Source of the DNA: Felis catus
Lineage: Eukaryota
DNA: 64,000 bases
Assembly: GCF_018350175.1 (NCBI RefSeq)
Contig: NC_058368.1
Coordinates: 220,784,001-220,848,000, forward strand
Direction of reading: 5' to 3'
Shown here: piece after piece, positions 38,820 through 52,731 of the stretch
How positions within the stretch are numbered: position 1 is the first letter of the stretch
Layout of the letters: each line of letters begins with the position of its first letter
Notes under the pieces: model-generated
The model's database searches: none
What the model saw: only the letters and a program-made list of their open reading frames with translations
Told to the model about the DNA's origin: nothing
Translations under genes and position numbers: made by a program

Positions 38820-40030
38820 AAATTAACATAGAATTAATCTAGAATTGATTATATTCCTGAAATACCTGCTCTAATGAAAGGGAAAGGCACTCTAAAAATA
38901 TAAGCCTCAATCTGTCATCTAGGGACTGCTCCCAGATTAAATATTGCCTCATAATTCAAAATGACAAACACATGAGCATAGGAGAACAAATCTTATGTAA
39001 CTGATGGTCCATGGTGCAATAAATAGAAATAATCTAATTTACGATAAACAACTTGAAATAATAAGTCTTTAGAATTAGAATTTAGTATTCATTTTGACTT
39101 ATACAATTAGACATGGATGAAGAGAGTATCAGTGATTTAGAAAAAGTAATCCTAAGAAATGACTTTTATAATGCTGTCTTGCAAGATTAAGACATGGAAA
39201 AGGTAAGAGATATTAGAGAATTCAGCTGTATGCACATACTTAATAGAAATTTCAGGATGAAAATTTCAAGGAAATTAGAGGTAGTATAGATAGAGTAAAT
39301 GAACAAGGATTTCTTAGAAATTGTTTTAAAAATGGCCTAAGCTGAGTGAATTAAAATAAATCCACATCTAAACATCAGATAATGCAGGGGTGCCTGCGTG
39401 GCTCAGTTGGTTAAGCGTCAGACTTTGGCTCAGGTCATGGTCTCACCATTCATGGGTTCGAGCTCCGTGTCTGCCTCTATGCTGACAGCTCAGAGCCTGG
39501 AACCTGCTTCTGATTCTGTGCCTCTCTGCCTCTCCCCTGCTCATGCTCTGTCCCTTGGTCTCTAAAAAATAAATATTAAAAAAATTTAAACCTCAGATAA
39601 TGCAGAAGTACAAAAAGAACACCAAGTATCAGTTAATAACTAATAATAATGCATAATATACACAGAATGACCATGAGAATGACAACAGCCTTCTCCGTAG
39701 TAGCAGTTGCAGCATGGGTAAATGAAAACTGTTTTCATAATCTGAAAAGTAATTAATTGGCAAAAGGTTAGCATTCATAGGCAAAGAATTATTAAGACTA
39801 GAGAATGAAACAAACTTTTTAAATATAAAATTCTCAGCAAAGTTACACTTGATCTTAAGTGAAAAAGCTATTAAAAGATATGTTACAAAATTGCAAAAAC
39901 TAAATGCTGAAGAAAGAAATAAAGGATTCCTGATGGTTTGGTGAGCAGAACTGATAAATGCACAACAGGTAAATATAATCAAGTGATGTGTATTTAAAAC
40001 AACAGTAAAATCAAAAGTTTCATTAACATT
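38820..40030 (+). mobile_element. Degraded ancient L1 fragments
   Basis: A-rich sense L1-like sequence (aaataaatccacatctaaacatcagataatg). Limits approximate. Confidence 0.45.
39387..39587 (+). mobile_element. Can-SINE
   Basis: TSD aaac(a/c)tcagataatgca. Confidence 0.95.
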
Positions 40031-40137
40031 AACATTAATATGTTTCTCACTTTCTTCTACCTTTCTCAACTGCCCTGCTTTCAAAAACATATTCATGTAA
40101 AAAAAAGCCAAACCAAACCAAAACCAAAACAAAACCA

Positions 40138-40660
40138 TAGCATGATACCCTCTAGTTCCATCCACATTGCTACAAATGGCCAGATTTCATTCTTTCTCAT
40201 TGCCACGTAGTACTCCATTGTATATATAAACCACAACTTCTTTATCCATTCATCAGTTGATGGACATTTAGGCTCTTTCCATAATTTGGCTATTGTGGAG
40301 AGTGCTGCTATAAACATTGGGGTACAAGTGCCCCTATGCATCAGTACTCTTGTATCCCTTGGGTAAATTCCTAGCAGTGCTACTGCTGGGTCATAGGGTG
40401 GATCTATTTTTAGTTTTTTGAGGAACCTCCACTCTGTTTTCCAGAAGGGCTGAAGACCTTGGGGGAGGGGAAGTTACAGATAGGGAGCGAGGCAAACCAT
40501 AAGAGACTCTTAAATACTGACAACAAACTGAGGGTTGATGGGGGGTGGGGGAGAGGGGAAAGTGGGTGATGGGCATTGAGGAGGACACCTGTTGGGATGA
40601 GCACTGGGTGTTGTATGGAAGCCAATTTGACAATAATTTATATTTAATATATATAAAAAA
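40138..40660 (+). mobile_element. 5'-inverted felid L1 3' end; ~40138-40452 antisense, ~40452-40660 sense
   Basis: Minus-strand ORF 40093-40341 contains the ORF2 C-terminus, followed by sense 3'UTR. TSD aaaa(c)catag. Confidence 0.93.
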
Positions 40661-42696
40661 CATAGAGCATTAGTATTTGAAACTTCTCTTTTTTAAAAGG
40701 CAGGAATAACATTTGGAATCATAGGTCTCTTTCCATTAAACAAAGTCAGTAGATAAGATAGATAGATAAACGTTGTGGAAGGTAATTCTATTTATAAATG
40801 CTACCCAGAAAGCGAAATACTGTTTGCTAAGATTAAAAGCAGAAACAGGGTATCAACAGGATATTGAAAGACAATAAACTTAGCAGCCAGAGGAAATCAA
40901 AGAGAACTAGAAAGCCATATAAAATGGACATAAAATATTCACTGACTTAAAACAAAACCAAACCTCTTTTTAGAAGTTGATGACCTGAATTCTTTTCAAA
41001 GGCTTCCCAAACCGGGCACGTTGCTCCGTTGATGAAGGCTGTGTTGTTAATTAATATGTTTGGCCCAAGAGGCTAGGTCCTCTGATGTACTGAAGTATTG
41101 CAACTAAAAGTCTATGGAGATCAAAAAACAAGAGAAACCTGACCTTGTCCAGTTCTAAACAGTATGAAAAAGAACAGTTTTCTTTTAATCAAGAAACTTC
41201 AGGTTAGTGTGACCAATAGTATATTGGTCGTTGTTGCTGCGGATACTTTTCCCATATCATTAACAGCAGCTAACAACATATAAGTCAAGACTGAAATTAT
41301 GTTTATAGTAGTATTTATAGCAGGCAGTTTACCAAGTACAAATATAGCTTCTCCAACAAGTTTTGAATTCTTGAGTCCTCACAGTTGAATTAGCTACTAC
41401 CCTGTCAGTGATGACCAAGCCTTTTCACCAGACCTCTCTCCTAATACTTATTTTATTATGTTATTGTGCATTTACCAGTGTATGCACTGTGTCTGACAGT
41501 AAAATCCATCCAAATATTATTATGAATCAAATATGATTACATTAAATTTCTTAACAATAAATACATATGCATTATTAAGTAATCTTTTAGTTTAAACATT
41601 TTTATTAGGATTTCCAGGGATAGAACTTTGAAAGCAGAAATTATGCTTATTAATATGTTTGTGTTTTCTTGTAATTTGCAAATGCCTATGTATTTTAGTA
41701 CTTCAAAACGTGAGTATATACACATGTATTTTCTAGCATAAAATAAGTGTTCAAAGTGTTCAATAAATATTCATTAAATGAATATATGGGAGTACTTTAT
41801 GATTAATGGGTATAATTACCTGTTGGAGATTTCAGGAAGATAGTTGTTTGGAATTGCAATAAGACAATTAAAGCGTAGAGATATTTTTAAAAGGTGTTTC
41901 ACTTGAAAGTTTTTTAATTGTAATACCTCATCACCCCTATTTGAAAATGAAAGAATAATAGATATTCCTGTCTTCCCACTTTAGTGTATTAGTTTCCAAT
42001 CCATTAATTCTAACAAATTAATATAAACATGTTTAAATATTAAAATAAAATATTGAAAACACTATATATTATGAAGATAGAAATTATAAGTTATTTACAG
42101 TGCCTTTACATCAGCAACCTCTGAACTAGTCTATTCATCTTAGGGAAGAACATAATTTATTACTGTATGATTTTAATGTTCCTATCTTTTTGTTTTCATG
42201 GTGTATACCCTAAATGCTTTATCAAATGCTAATAATCGTTCTCATTACAAATTCATTTTCTTCAGAGAGAAGAAATGTTTAAGCTACTGATTCAATGAAC
42301 CTAACGTATGTAAACAGTTTATTTTTATCATTTCATGAAAATTTTAACTGAACAACAAACAGAAGGAATTTAGAAGACACTATTTGAGAAAGGTTTCATT
42401 GTTATAATAAAAATATTTATATAGAATATGTAAAACTGACAACCTGTGTGATAGTGTAAAATTAACATTTAAATACATGTTGTATTCGCCTTATTGTGAA
42501 TACTTTTGAGGTTGTTAGGATGGGCCTGGTATCAGATTTATATCCCTAATATTATTCAGAAACATACTTTATGATAAAAATCAAGTTCAAAGTGTGTATA
42601 TATGTATGTGTAAATGCACATATGATTATGGATGTAGATAAATATTTGGATTTTAAACAGTCCAACAATAAATTAATGTTTATAAACTATTGTAAC

Positions 42697-42879
42697 TTTT
42701 TTTGTTCTTCTGAGAGAGTGTGAGTGGGGGAGAGACCAGAGAGAGAGAGAGAGGATGCTAAGCAGGCTTCGTTCTCAGTGCAGAGCCTGACACAGGGTTT
42801 GATCCCATGACCCTGGGATCATGACCTGAGCCGAAATCATGAGTTGGACATTCAACTGACTGAGCCATCCAGGTGTCCC
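42697..42879 (-). mobile_element. Can-SINE
   Basis: SINE head and body. Confidence 0.92.
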
Positions 42880-43269
42880 ATAAGGTATTATGGTTTTTAA
42901 GTAGCATGATACCAGTGATACCTAATTCATCCAATTCATTATCAGAGGATAACCAGTAGATCTCAGAGGAAATAAGATGTTAAGGTAGCCAGGTTTTGAT
43001 TGAAATTGAAGAGTAGGAAGACTGAATATAGGGGAATTCTCTGAAAAAGACATTACTAGATTAAACAGAGTGAAACTGAGCATGCATGAATGACCTGTGG
43101 ATTTTTTTTTTGAGGGAGGGGATAAAATGAATATAAAAGTGTAACGTTAAACCAAACTAGGAGAAAGTAGGCGGGTAGAAAAAAGTCTTCCCCCCGCCCC
43201 CCAATAGGTTTGCCTATGGCTTCTTGAACAAAGCTGCTGGGAAAATGTTCACTGTTCAACTAAGAGTGA

Positions 43270-43460
43270 TGAAATAACAATGTGTCCAGCACTGTATTGA
43301 GAAAATGTATTATGTTATTTATTCCTCAGAAGCAACTCTATGATCCATGACTATTATTCCCATTTTGTATATGAAAGAACAAAGACTCCTATTTTCTAAA
43401 ACTCACACAAATAGTAAAGAACTCAAAATTTCAAACCAGGCATTTCCATCTCTAACTAGA
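43270..43460 (-). mobile_element. MIR
   Basis: ctattattcccattttgtatatgaaagaac core. Confidence 0.6.
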
Positions 43461-44064
43461 GCTTATATTCCAGTGAAAGCAGAGGATTAAAAGTTAAATG
43501 AAATAAAATAGTAAAATCCTCTAATATTTAAGCTAAAGGAAATTTTTCTGATTGTAAGTGCTGCTGAGAATATTTTATTTCTATACATATGGTAATTCCT
43601 TCTCAAATTTTTCTCTGATGACTTACAGAAATGTATTTTTTTTTAATTCTTATTTCTTGTTCTGCTTTTAGGAATATATTTCAAGTTTAATATTCTCTGA
43701 GCTCTTAACTTTACTCATGCAATCTTTCATTATTAGACCCCAAAGCCCATTAATATAGACCAAACATTTCTTGCTTGGTGAAAAGGGAACATAGTCCCTC
43801 TGGGATATCACCTACTAATAGTTTCCTGTTGCCCCAGTAGGCCTCTCTTGTTTTCTGTGTCGGGCGTGGATGATTGCATGCTTTTTTCACTCTTTGCAAT
43901 GCATTGTGTGATTAGACACAAGGTCAGTTTTACATGAATAGTATTTTCTTCCAAGACTTGTTTCTTCTCAGATATGTGTCCTTACTATTTCACATACACT
44001 TAAGACATAAAGAATGGCATGGGAATTACAAGCCGAGACAATGTAATTTAAAATAAAGAGTTAA

Positions 44065-44273
44065 GAGGTACCTGGTGGCTCAGTCAGCTGAAGCTTCAGA
44101 CTTTGGCTCAGATCTTGTGGTTCATGGGTTCAAGCCCTTCATCTGGCTCTGTGCTCACAGCTCAGAGTCTGGAGCCTGCTTCACATTCTGTGTCTCCCTC
44201 TTTCTCTTCCCCTCCCCCGCTCACACTCTCTCTCCCTCTCTCTCTCTCTCTCTCAAAAATAAATAAAACATTA
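44065..44273 (+). mobile_element. Can-SINE
   Basis: TSD aaataaagagt. Confidence 0.93.
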
Positions 44274-44699
44274 AATAAAGAGTAAAAATAAATAAATATG
44301 AGCAAGAAGTACATCCATGGAAATCTATAAAAATGTGATGCGTGTCAAATATATTTTCTCAGAATTAAATCCCAATTTCATGTTGGTGAGGAAATCAATC
44401 AAGACTGCATGCAATTGTTAAAATGTGCTTAGAAAAATATACTTGCAGAGATGCTGTAACGTGTGTGTCTTAAATCTCTCAGTCTTTGATTTGCCTTTTT
44501 TTCCCACCTTCTAGCTTCTGCTCTATCTACCTACTAGCAACACCTTCCTGTATTATTTTCTCTAGCAAGGTTGCTAGTCAGCCAGTGTCTTCCTGTGTGG
44601 TTAGACCAATTTTTTTGTGCGTATTGCATTTTGAGATGAAGCTGGTGTCTGAGCTGGTGAAAATGACTTCACCCCATTCGGATTTTAAATATAACCCTC

Positions 44700-45206
44700 T
44701 TTGTTACTTTCCTTGTGGCTTAAACAACACACATGTAACACCTAACATCAAACAATACCTAACTTTCTTCAGGTCGGAAGTCCTAAGATGCATATACCAG
44801 TATTCTGGCAGGTCAGGATTCTCAAGTCAAGGTTTCATTCTTTCCGAGTCGAGTGGAGAATCCGTGTCCTTGTCGTTTTCAGCTTCTGGAGGCATCTGCA
44901 TTCCTTTGTTTGTGTCCCTTTCCTCCTCCCTCAAAGTTTGCACTCCCTTTCTGCCTTCTTTTTCTTCTCTTTTGTTTTGACTCTCTGACCTCCCTCTTAT
45001 TAGGGGCCCTGATGATTCTGTGGAGTTACCAGGATACTCTGCCCATCTCAAGATCCTTACCTCAGTTACATCTGCAAAGTCCCTGTTGCTCTGTAAGGTC
45101 ACATTCGCAGGCTCAGGGCATTAGGACGTGGATATCTGTGTGTGTATGTGTGTGTGTATGTGTGTGTATGTGTGTGTGTGTGTGTAAGATTTTTCTGTTT
45201 ACCACA
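44700..45206 (-). mobile_element. MaLR LTR (MLT1C/D-like) with internal (TG)n
   Basis: ggagaatccgtgtccttg...cagcttctggaggc; cccatctcaagatcctta...acatctgcaaagtccc. Confidence 0.85.
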
Positions 45207-45862
45207 CCCTTATCTGTGTTTTTCCATAGCTGTTTTTTTTTTTAATTCTCTGTACATTTTTGTCCCTTTCTGTGACTCTTGTGTTTAAAAAAAAAAGATT
45301 CTTTTTTTTTTTTTTAAATAGACAAGGGTTTTCCTTATTGTTCTCATTATTAGGTGGATTTCTCTCAATGGTTCATCTTACAGAAGACTCACTTGACTCA
45401 GATCCCAGGCCCTGGTTCATCTATGTTACAGTTGATAGGCCATAATGATGCAAAGCATGTTAACCTGTATGCAAAATTGCATTGGCTACTTTCTTTTGAT
45501 GGAGCTGTGGATAGGACAGACCTTCAGAGTCCAGTGGATTCTTTACTAGAACTTTTGTTGTTGTTTGTTTTGTTTGTTTGTTTGCTTTTGTTAACGAGAC
45601 TGGCCAGTTACCTCCTTATCTGTTTGTCCAGTTGCTTCCGGAAATGAGGATTGATTTGATGGGGAAGCTTTCAAGCAGAAGAAATGGCATGCAGGGAAAC
45701 AAGGATGCATGAATAGTGTGGAACTTTCTGGGACACATGAACTGTTTGGTACGGTTGTCCTTTGGAATGTAGGTGATTGTGGCAAGCCAGATATGGAGAG
45801 TTTGAGAGGTACAGGAATTAGAAAAAAGATGGGGTATTCTAGCAGCACCCTGGAGATGGTAA

Positions 45863-46043
45863 TTTTTTTAATGTTTATTTGGGTGGGGGGAGAGAGAGAG
45901 CGAGCACGAGTCGGGGAGGGACAGAGAGAGAAGGAGACCTAGGATTCAAAGCAGGTTCCACGCTGACCGCAGAGAGCCGGATGCAGGGTTTGAACCCAGA
46001 AGCTGAAGTCTGACGCTCAGCGAATGAGCCACCCAGGCACCCC
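45863..46043 (-). mobile_element. Can-SINE
   Basis: SINE head, body and tail. Confidence 0.92.
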
Positions 46044-46329
46044 CGATGATAGTATTTAAATCATGCACCATAAGAGAGAGGCATTAAGTCCAGTTAGAAA
46101 AAAAAGTGATAGTAGTTAAAATAAATGCAAATGATCAAATCAGCTCATTAATAGCAATAGGAAACACGTTGTACTCAGTGTAATAACTTGTTAAGAAGAG
46201 ACATTGCCAGGATAGAGTTAGTGCCTGTGAAGGAAGGAGGGGTTTCAGTAACTTTTTTTGCCTGTTTTCAATTAGTTCTCTAAATAGGGATTGGAAATGT
46301 ACAAGGAAAGCAGTTAAAGTGTGAGGGCA

Positions 46330-47290
46330 CATAATGAGTTAAGATTTTATACGTTTCTTAGAATTCAGCAAGCATTTTTAAAAACTAAGCCATAACAGTT
46401 TACCCTCCTTTTAAACACAAATGTTAGACAAATTGATCGAAGGAATGTAGTTGATTGATTTCGACCAAAGTATTACTCTTAAGATTTTGGTGACTAAGAC
46501 ACAAACATGTGAATGAGATGGTAAACGATATGGATTTATAACTAGGTGAGAGAAAATACTCAGTGGTATCAGTTACCTAAAGGGAGGCTTCTAGCACATC
46601 CCTTCAGGATCTCAGTTCAGTCCTGTACATTTCAGCTCAGTAGTTGTAACCAGTGAAGTTGGTTGTCATAAGGTTGTCATAACCACCAGATTTCAGTGTG
46701 ACAAAAAGCAGAGAGGCTTGGTTCATTACATTACAGAATAAAGAATCCACAATCTTTGCCTTCTTAAAAAAAGATTGCTTTTGAAAGAGAGACAGTGCAA
46801 GTGAGGGAGTAGCAGAGACAGAGGGGGAGAGAGAGAATCCCAAGCAGGCTGTGAAGTGTCAGCACAGAACCTGGTGTGGGGCTCGAACTCACGAAAGGTT
46901 GAGATCATGACCTGCATCACCCAGGTGCCCCAAGAATCCACAACAGAGTAAAGGACCAAAACTAATAAACATTTTTAAGTGGTAAACATAAAGTATTGTC
47001 CCCAGGTCAAAAAAGCCAACTGTACAAAGGGTAGGATCACTTAGCAATAACATGTGTCAGAGATATTTCAGATTGTAATTGGTGGGGAGATCACTATGAA
47101 TCAGTAGTGTGATTAACTCCCACAGAGCTAATGGGATCTTCTATTTCATAAAAGGAAATAGAGTAGCCATATTGAAGAAATGATAGCTAGGCCATGCAGG
47201 AGTCTTTTCAGTTCTGGGTAGCATCCCAGAGGTGCTTGGTGAGATTAGATTAAATTAGGAGAATGACAGCCATGGAATGAAAATAATTGT
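46330..47290 (+). mobile_element. Ancient CR1/L3 LINE fragments, probably continuing at ~49300-49620
   Basis: L3-like motifs (gaattcagcaagcattt; ggaggcttctag; actatgaatcagtagtgtga; ttcagttctgggtagca). Confidence 0.5.
46763..46931 (-). mobile_element. Can-SINE with internal deletion
   Basis: TSD aagaatccacaa. Confidence 0.92.
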
Positions 47291-47637
47291 TGCTGAGGGC
47301 CCTTAGGTACCTAACACTTCATAACTGCTTTTCAGAAGATACTTCCTTTATCTCAAAAACAAAAAAAAAAAACCAGAAAAACAAAACAAAAACAAAACTT
47401 GATGTAGTTGATCATGAAATATCTATAGGTGCCATCAGGCAAAGTTACCTGCTTGTCAGCAGAGCAGCCTCTTTGATAGTTATGCTGATGATCCAGGACC
47501 TAGTTCCTGACCCCATACTGTGCCAGAGATTGGATTTGATCACAACAATGGATATAATTTTCAGGGCTGATTCAAGTTCACCAAACGCATAAAGTCAGAT
47601 TTTACCCATTTGGGCAGTTTGATAGTTCTGAGGGGGA

Positions 47638-47843
47638 GGGGCACCTGGGTGGCTCAGTCAGTTAAGCATCCAGCTTGGGTTCAGGTCACAGGATTTCACA
47701 ATTTGTGGGTTCTAGTCCTGCACTGGGCTCCGTGCTTTCAGTGAGGAGTCTGGGATTCTCTGTCTCTGTCTCTCTCTGTCCCTCCCCCACCTGCACATGT
47801 TCGCTCTCTCTGCCTCAGAATAAGTAACTAAACTTAAAAAAAA
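47638..47843 (+). mobile_element. Can-SINE
   Basis: TSD gttctgaggggga. Confidence 0.95.
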
Positions 47844-48947
47844 GGTTCTGAGGGGGAGAAAACCACACTACTTCAACAGCAGCCAAAACTAAAACTGATA
47901 AGGGCATATGATAAGGGGCCAGCACAGCATATTTTGCCGTTGTCCACATGATATGCCAAATTGCAATCAGAAGGCAACTTGATGCATCCATTACCTTAAT
48001 GGGTGTAGATTTGACATAAAACTATAAATAAAAGCCCTGATTTCTGCCATCCTCACTTTTAAAAGGTGCTTCTATGGGCACCACACCACTGTTTATATGA
48101 TTGAAATGAAGAAAATGTCCCCGATTAATTCTGACATACATACCATTGATGAGAAGATGCTTCTCAATTTTAGAAATGTTGCCATGTGAATAAAATGATG
48201 TGTCCTAGAATTGATGAGATAGGTTGCATATAGTCCTGCCAGCCTGAAGAAATATCTGTTCCTATTAAAGGGTCCATCCACCTCTCTGCTGTACAGCATT
48301 AAATACAGATCAAACATGCTGGCAGAGTTATTTGCCTACCTGTTCTTTGGTGTAGAAGCTCTATAGTCGTGCCCCTAAATAGTGCCTCATAGCATTACTC
48401 TGTTTTATACCTGTAAGCGCTGAGACTCAGGTAAAGGATCTTCACAGTGTGTTTTTCTTTTGGCAGTAGACTCCCTCTCCTTGCTCTGTAGATTAGCAGG
48501 CAAGGAGGAGAGTCAAGTGAAGCTTAGACTTCTGGTTTCACTGTTTTAAAGATACTGTAGTAGCTGTGTCATTGATAATATATTGTTTCAATGAAATGGA
48601 CAAGGTAGCTCATGTTTCTTTGTTCCTTGACTAAGGTTAATTCAGATCTAGCCACCATCCCAAAGGATTGAAGGAAAACCAATGTTGAGCATAACTGGGG
48701 CTTTCTCCTTAGGGTCATGTAAGAATATGACATACTTATGTGATACCTGTTGAAGAGTGGAAGGTATTTTCCATTTAGTTCATCATGGTTGCCATACATA
48801 GCCTCTTATGAGAAGCTGTTGTGATTCCCCAAGGTAGGTGATGTTTTCTTCCAGCCCAAGCAGATATGTGAGTCTCTTCCTGTTCACACTCAATAGTCCT
48901 TGTCCCCCGGCAGGGGGCCGTGGCCTCTGACATTTCATATAATGCTT

Positions 48948-49171
48948 ATTTTTTTTTTAAATTTTTTTAACGTTTATTTATTTTTGAGACAGAGAGAGAC
49001 AGAGCATGAACAGGGGAGGGGCAGAGAGAGAGGGAGACACAGAATCTGAAATGGGCTCCAGGCTCTGAGCTGTCAGCACAGAGCCCGACGCGGGGCTCGA
49101 ACCCACGGACCGTGAGATCATGACCTGAGCCGAAGTGGGACGCTTAACCGACTGAGCCACCCAGGCGCCCC
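48948..49171 (-). mobile_element. Young felid Can-SINE
   Basis: CpG-rich; TSD tataatg(g)ctta. Confidence 0.97.
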
Positions 49172-51300
49172 TATAATGGCTTAATTAATTTAGATGTTTC
49201 ACAGAAGAAAAGTGACAGTATGTTCTGGTAAATTTTATTTGGCCCTGCAAACGTCCTTACCCACAAAAGTCTGACGAATGTTGTGAAACAGATTGTGGGG
49301 TGAAAGGGGTCAGAGACCTGATAAAGAGAAATCATAAGCTAGTATCTCTGCAATATTTCTGTAAGATATCTTTCTTCAAATACTTGAAAGTTTGCCAAGC
49401 AGAGGAGGGATTCACTTTTATTCCACGTATTTCCAGGGAGTAATATGAAACCATTTGATAGATTTTCTTTTAAAGACCAAAGCTTAATTTATGTAAAAAG
49501 GAAATTTAGAAGTTAAAATTCTCAGTGATGTAGTGATCTGCCATGGTAGTGAGTACTATTTTTGGACGTGATGATCTCAAGAGCAATTCGATAAAGGGGT
49601 TTTAAGTTTCAGATAGCGTATGTACTAAGCATCAGTATGTAGTAATCAGTGTTTTAGGTGTGGGGATTACAGCTTTGGAAAAGTTTTCATAGGATGGAAG
49701 TTACATGGATCGTTTTGCTAGTTTATCTTTCTAACTTATACGTTCTGATTTTTTTATGTGGACAGATCTGTTTATAGGCTAGCAAACAGAATACCTTTGG
49801 AGAATTGTAAGGACTACTGGTTTGTAATGGATTCTTTCCTTCTCAGATGTGAAGAATATCAAATTCATCTTTCACCCATCCTTGATTCTGTTATCTGTTT
49901 TGTTAATTGTTAATTGCTGTCACTATCCTTCTACTTTAACAAGATTCCCCCATCCTGGTGCTTTTTTTTTTTTAGTGGAAAACTTTTCCTCTCTTACCTG
50001 TCACCTGCCCCAGCAGAATGCAATGCAATGCAATGAATGATCACTTTACAACAGTTTTAGCATCATTTGTAATATTAATTCTTTGGGAAGATATACCTCT
50101 CTTAATGGGCTACTTAAGTGGTCACTTATCAGGCTGTTGCCTCTATAGGTTATGTGTTTGTTAAAAGCTTAGGAACTGCTGTTGCACCAACCAACAAATG
50201 TCTATTTTGTGTCATTTTTGGATCTGTATCTGATAGAAAAGGTAAGGATTCCTAAATTGTTGATTACTTCGCTGTCTGAGGCTTTAGTCTCTTTCAAATA
50301 AGTCCATATGTGAAATAAGTATAAAATTGAAAAAGACTGTTTAATATTTTTTTTATTCTCACAAATGAATATAGAACCATTCTAGTTACATTATCACTGG
50401 TAGGATGAACTCAGTTAAAGTTTCGTTTTTCATATTGAATCAAACAAACTTCCTTGTTATATTTAAAAAAGAAATCTTTCAGTTTTAAAATTTCTGCAAT
50501 TTGAGAGTTTATCATCCAACAAAACTAGCCTGTTGTAAATCAGAGATATAAAATCACAAAGCCTGTGAAAAGTTGTGTCAAGCATGAAATTAATACTTCT
50601 GAGACACTTTTATGAGAAATATATTAAATCCAGTAAGTTGCTTTGTTTCAGAACCCTGCAGACATTAGTGAAATAACTATAAATTTTTGCCTCTTTTAAC
50701 TAAAAAGAAATATTCATATTAACATTTGTATGCTGATAAGTTTTAGTATACAGTACTACCCCATTTAAAAAATCTAAACATGATTAATTTGTATTTACAA
50801 ATCATGTTTTCCTGAACTGTGTACAATTACATCATATCTTAGAGTACAAACTTTTTGTTCTTTATTATACCATTTTGTTTCTTAAACTTCAAAGTATTCC
50901 ATTGTTCTGTGATTTAACTGTATATATACTATATGTGAAATACAACTGGCATAAAAACACATCCTGATTCTTTAACTGGAATATCAAATTAAAACTAACA
51001 TTCTCTAAAGTTTTATTTCCTCTTTCCCTTTTCTTTCATTCCTTCCTTTCTCTTTTTCTTCCTCCAAAATTCCTTCCCAAGTTTTGTAATTTTTTTCTTT
51101 TGTCTTTTTTCTTTTTGTCTCTCTCATATACAAACTAAATCTTTAAACTTTGACATTTTAAAAATTATCTTAGGCCAATTTGCAGAAAACTTATTCAGCC
51201 AACAAATATTTGTTGATTACTTAACAAGTACACTGAAGAGCTAGCCCCTTACTTGTATTTTTAAAAAAGTGTGTATTAAGTTGGAAGAAATGTTGTATTC

Positions 51301-51485
51301 TTTGTTTGTTTGTTTGTTTTGAGAGAGAGGTGGGGGGAGGGGCAGAGATAAAGGGAGACAAAACCCCAAGCAGACTCCGTGCTGTCAGTGGGAAGCCCGA
51401 CAGGGGTTTGATCTCATGAACCATGAGTTCATAACCGGAGGCGAAATCAATAGATGCTTAACCAGCTGAGCCATCCAGGTGCCCC
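51301..51485 (-). mobile_element. Can-SINE
   Basis: TSD aaatgttgta(t/g)tctt. Confidence 0.93.
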
Positions 51486-51529
51486 CAAAATGTTGTAGTC
51501 TTGATTCAATGATTGAGCCATGTAGGGAA

Positions 51530-51780
51530 GCATTGAGGAGTTAGAAATGTGGGCATAACCAGACACCCTGGGCTGAAATTCTAGTTCTGACAGGATGAAC
51601 TTAACCTTATCCATGTTCAGTTTCCATATGTGTAGCTTAAGAATAGTAGTATTACCTTCCTCAAAAGAAGAATGTGCATATATATAATATATATATAATT
51701 TTGTTATATGCATCTTTGTGTATGTATACACTTAAATAAGTATGTGTGCTTGGAATAGTATATTGAGTATTCACTGCATT
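51530..51780 (+). mobile_element. MIR
   Basis: cagacaccctgggctgaaattctagttctg...ttcagtttccatatgtgta. Confidence 0.65.
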
Positions 51781-52242
51781 TTATGATAATGACCTTTTTC
51801 TTCCTTCAACTTCACCTCTCTCTTCTCTTCTTCCACCCTGTTTCCCCTCCGTGCGTTTTTGGTTGCTCCTCCTTTTCCACTTTCTCCTGTTCTTCCTCTT
51901 TCTCCTTCATAGTTCCAAGCACATTAATAAAGTTGTATTGCATAAGAGTATATATAAATTTGCCTTTGTGATCGAAAAGCAAGTTAATTATAGCAAAAAA
52001 TATTCATGACTTTAGGGCACATTAAAATGGCTTTCAAAGCTAATAGCTGCCTTCAAAATAAACTGGCAGTCACCATGAATCTTTTATAGAAAGACTACTG
52101 CAGGTGAGACATGCTAATAATCTTGTGAAAAAGGAAATGGGAATGTATAGAGAAATTAAAATAACAAGGAAATTTACCATGTGTCTTGGCAACATCTTAC
52201 AACTGTTTCAACTTCATCATGTTTATTTTCTTTCTTCGTATC

Positions 52243-52731
52243 ATGGTGGGCAGATTCTAAGTTGGCTCTCAAAGATACTCCTGCCATTTGTGCCCTTGTA
52301 AATCCCCATTACTTGAGCTGTGGATGAATTTACTAATTTGCTTCTAATGAGTACAATACAGTACAAATGTTGATGTGTTATTTCCAAGATTAGGTTATAG
52401 AAAAGACTCCGGCTTCTGCACTGCTTGTACTCTTTTCCTGTCTTGCCTGTCCTGGGAAAAGTCACCAGCCATGTTTTTAACTGCCCTAGAGAGATGTCCA
52501 GATGGCAGGACTAATAACCCTGGACAGTAGCCGGTGAGGATATGCCTGAAACCATGTGAATCAACTTGGGAGCACATTTTCCAGTTTCTGTAGATAACAG
52601 CTGATGCCTGATTGCAGCCTACCTAGTGACAGAGACCCTGGGCTCATAGAAATTATGAAATAATAAATCTTTTTTGTTTTAAGCCACTAAGTTTTGGGAT
52701 AATTTGGTATATAGTAATGGATAAGTAACAC
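52243..52731 (+). mobile_element. MaLR LTR (MLT1F-like)
   Basis: ggtgggcagattctaagttggc start; ttttaagccactaagttttgggataatttg end. Confidence 0.85.

Noticed and set aside
39629..40165. 178-aa minus-strand ORF, the longest in the window
   Set aside because: Starts within the L1 insertion and runs antisense through A-rich decayed L1, giving an F/L-biased chance ORF.
44486..45245. 164-aa and 130-aa ORFs
   Set aside because: Overlap an old MLT1 LTR and a (TG)n tract, with no protein-like features.
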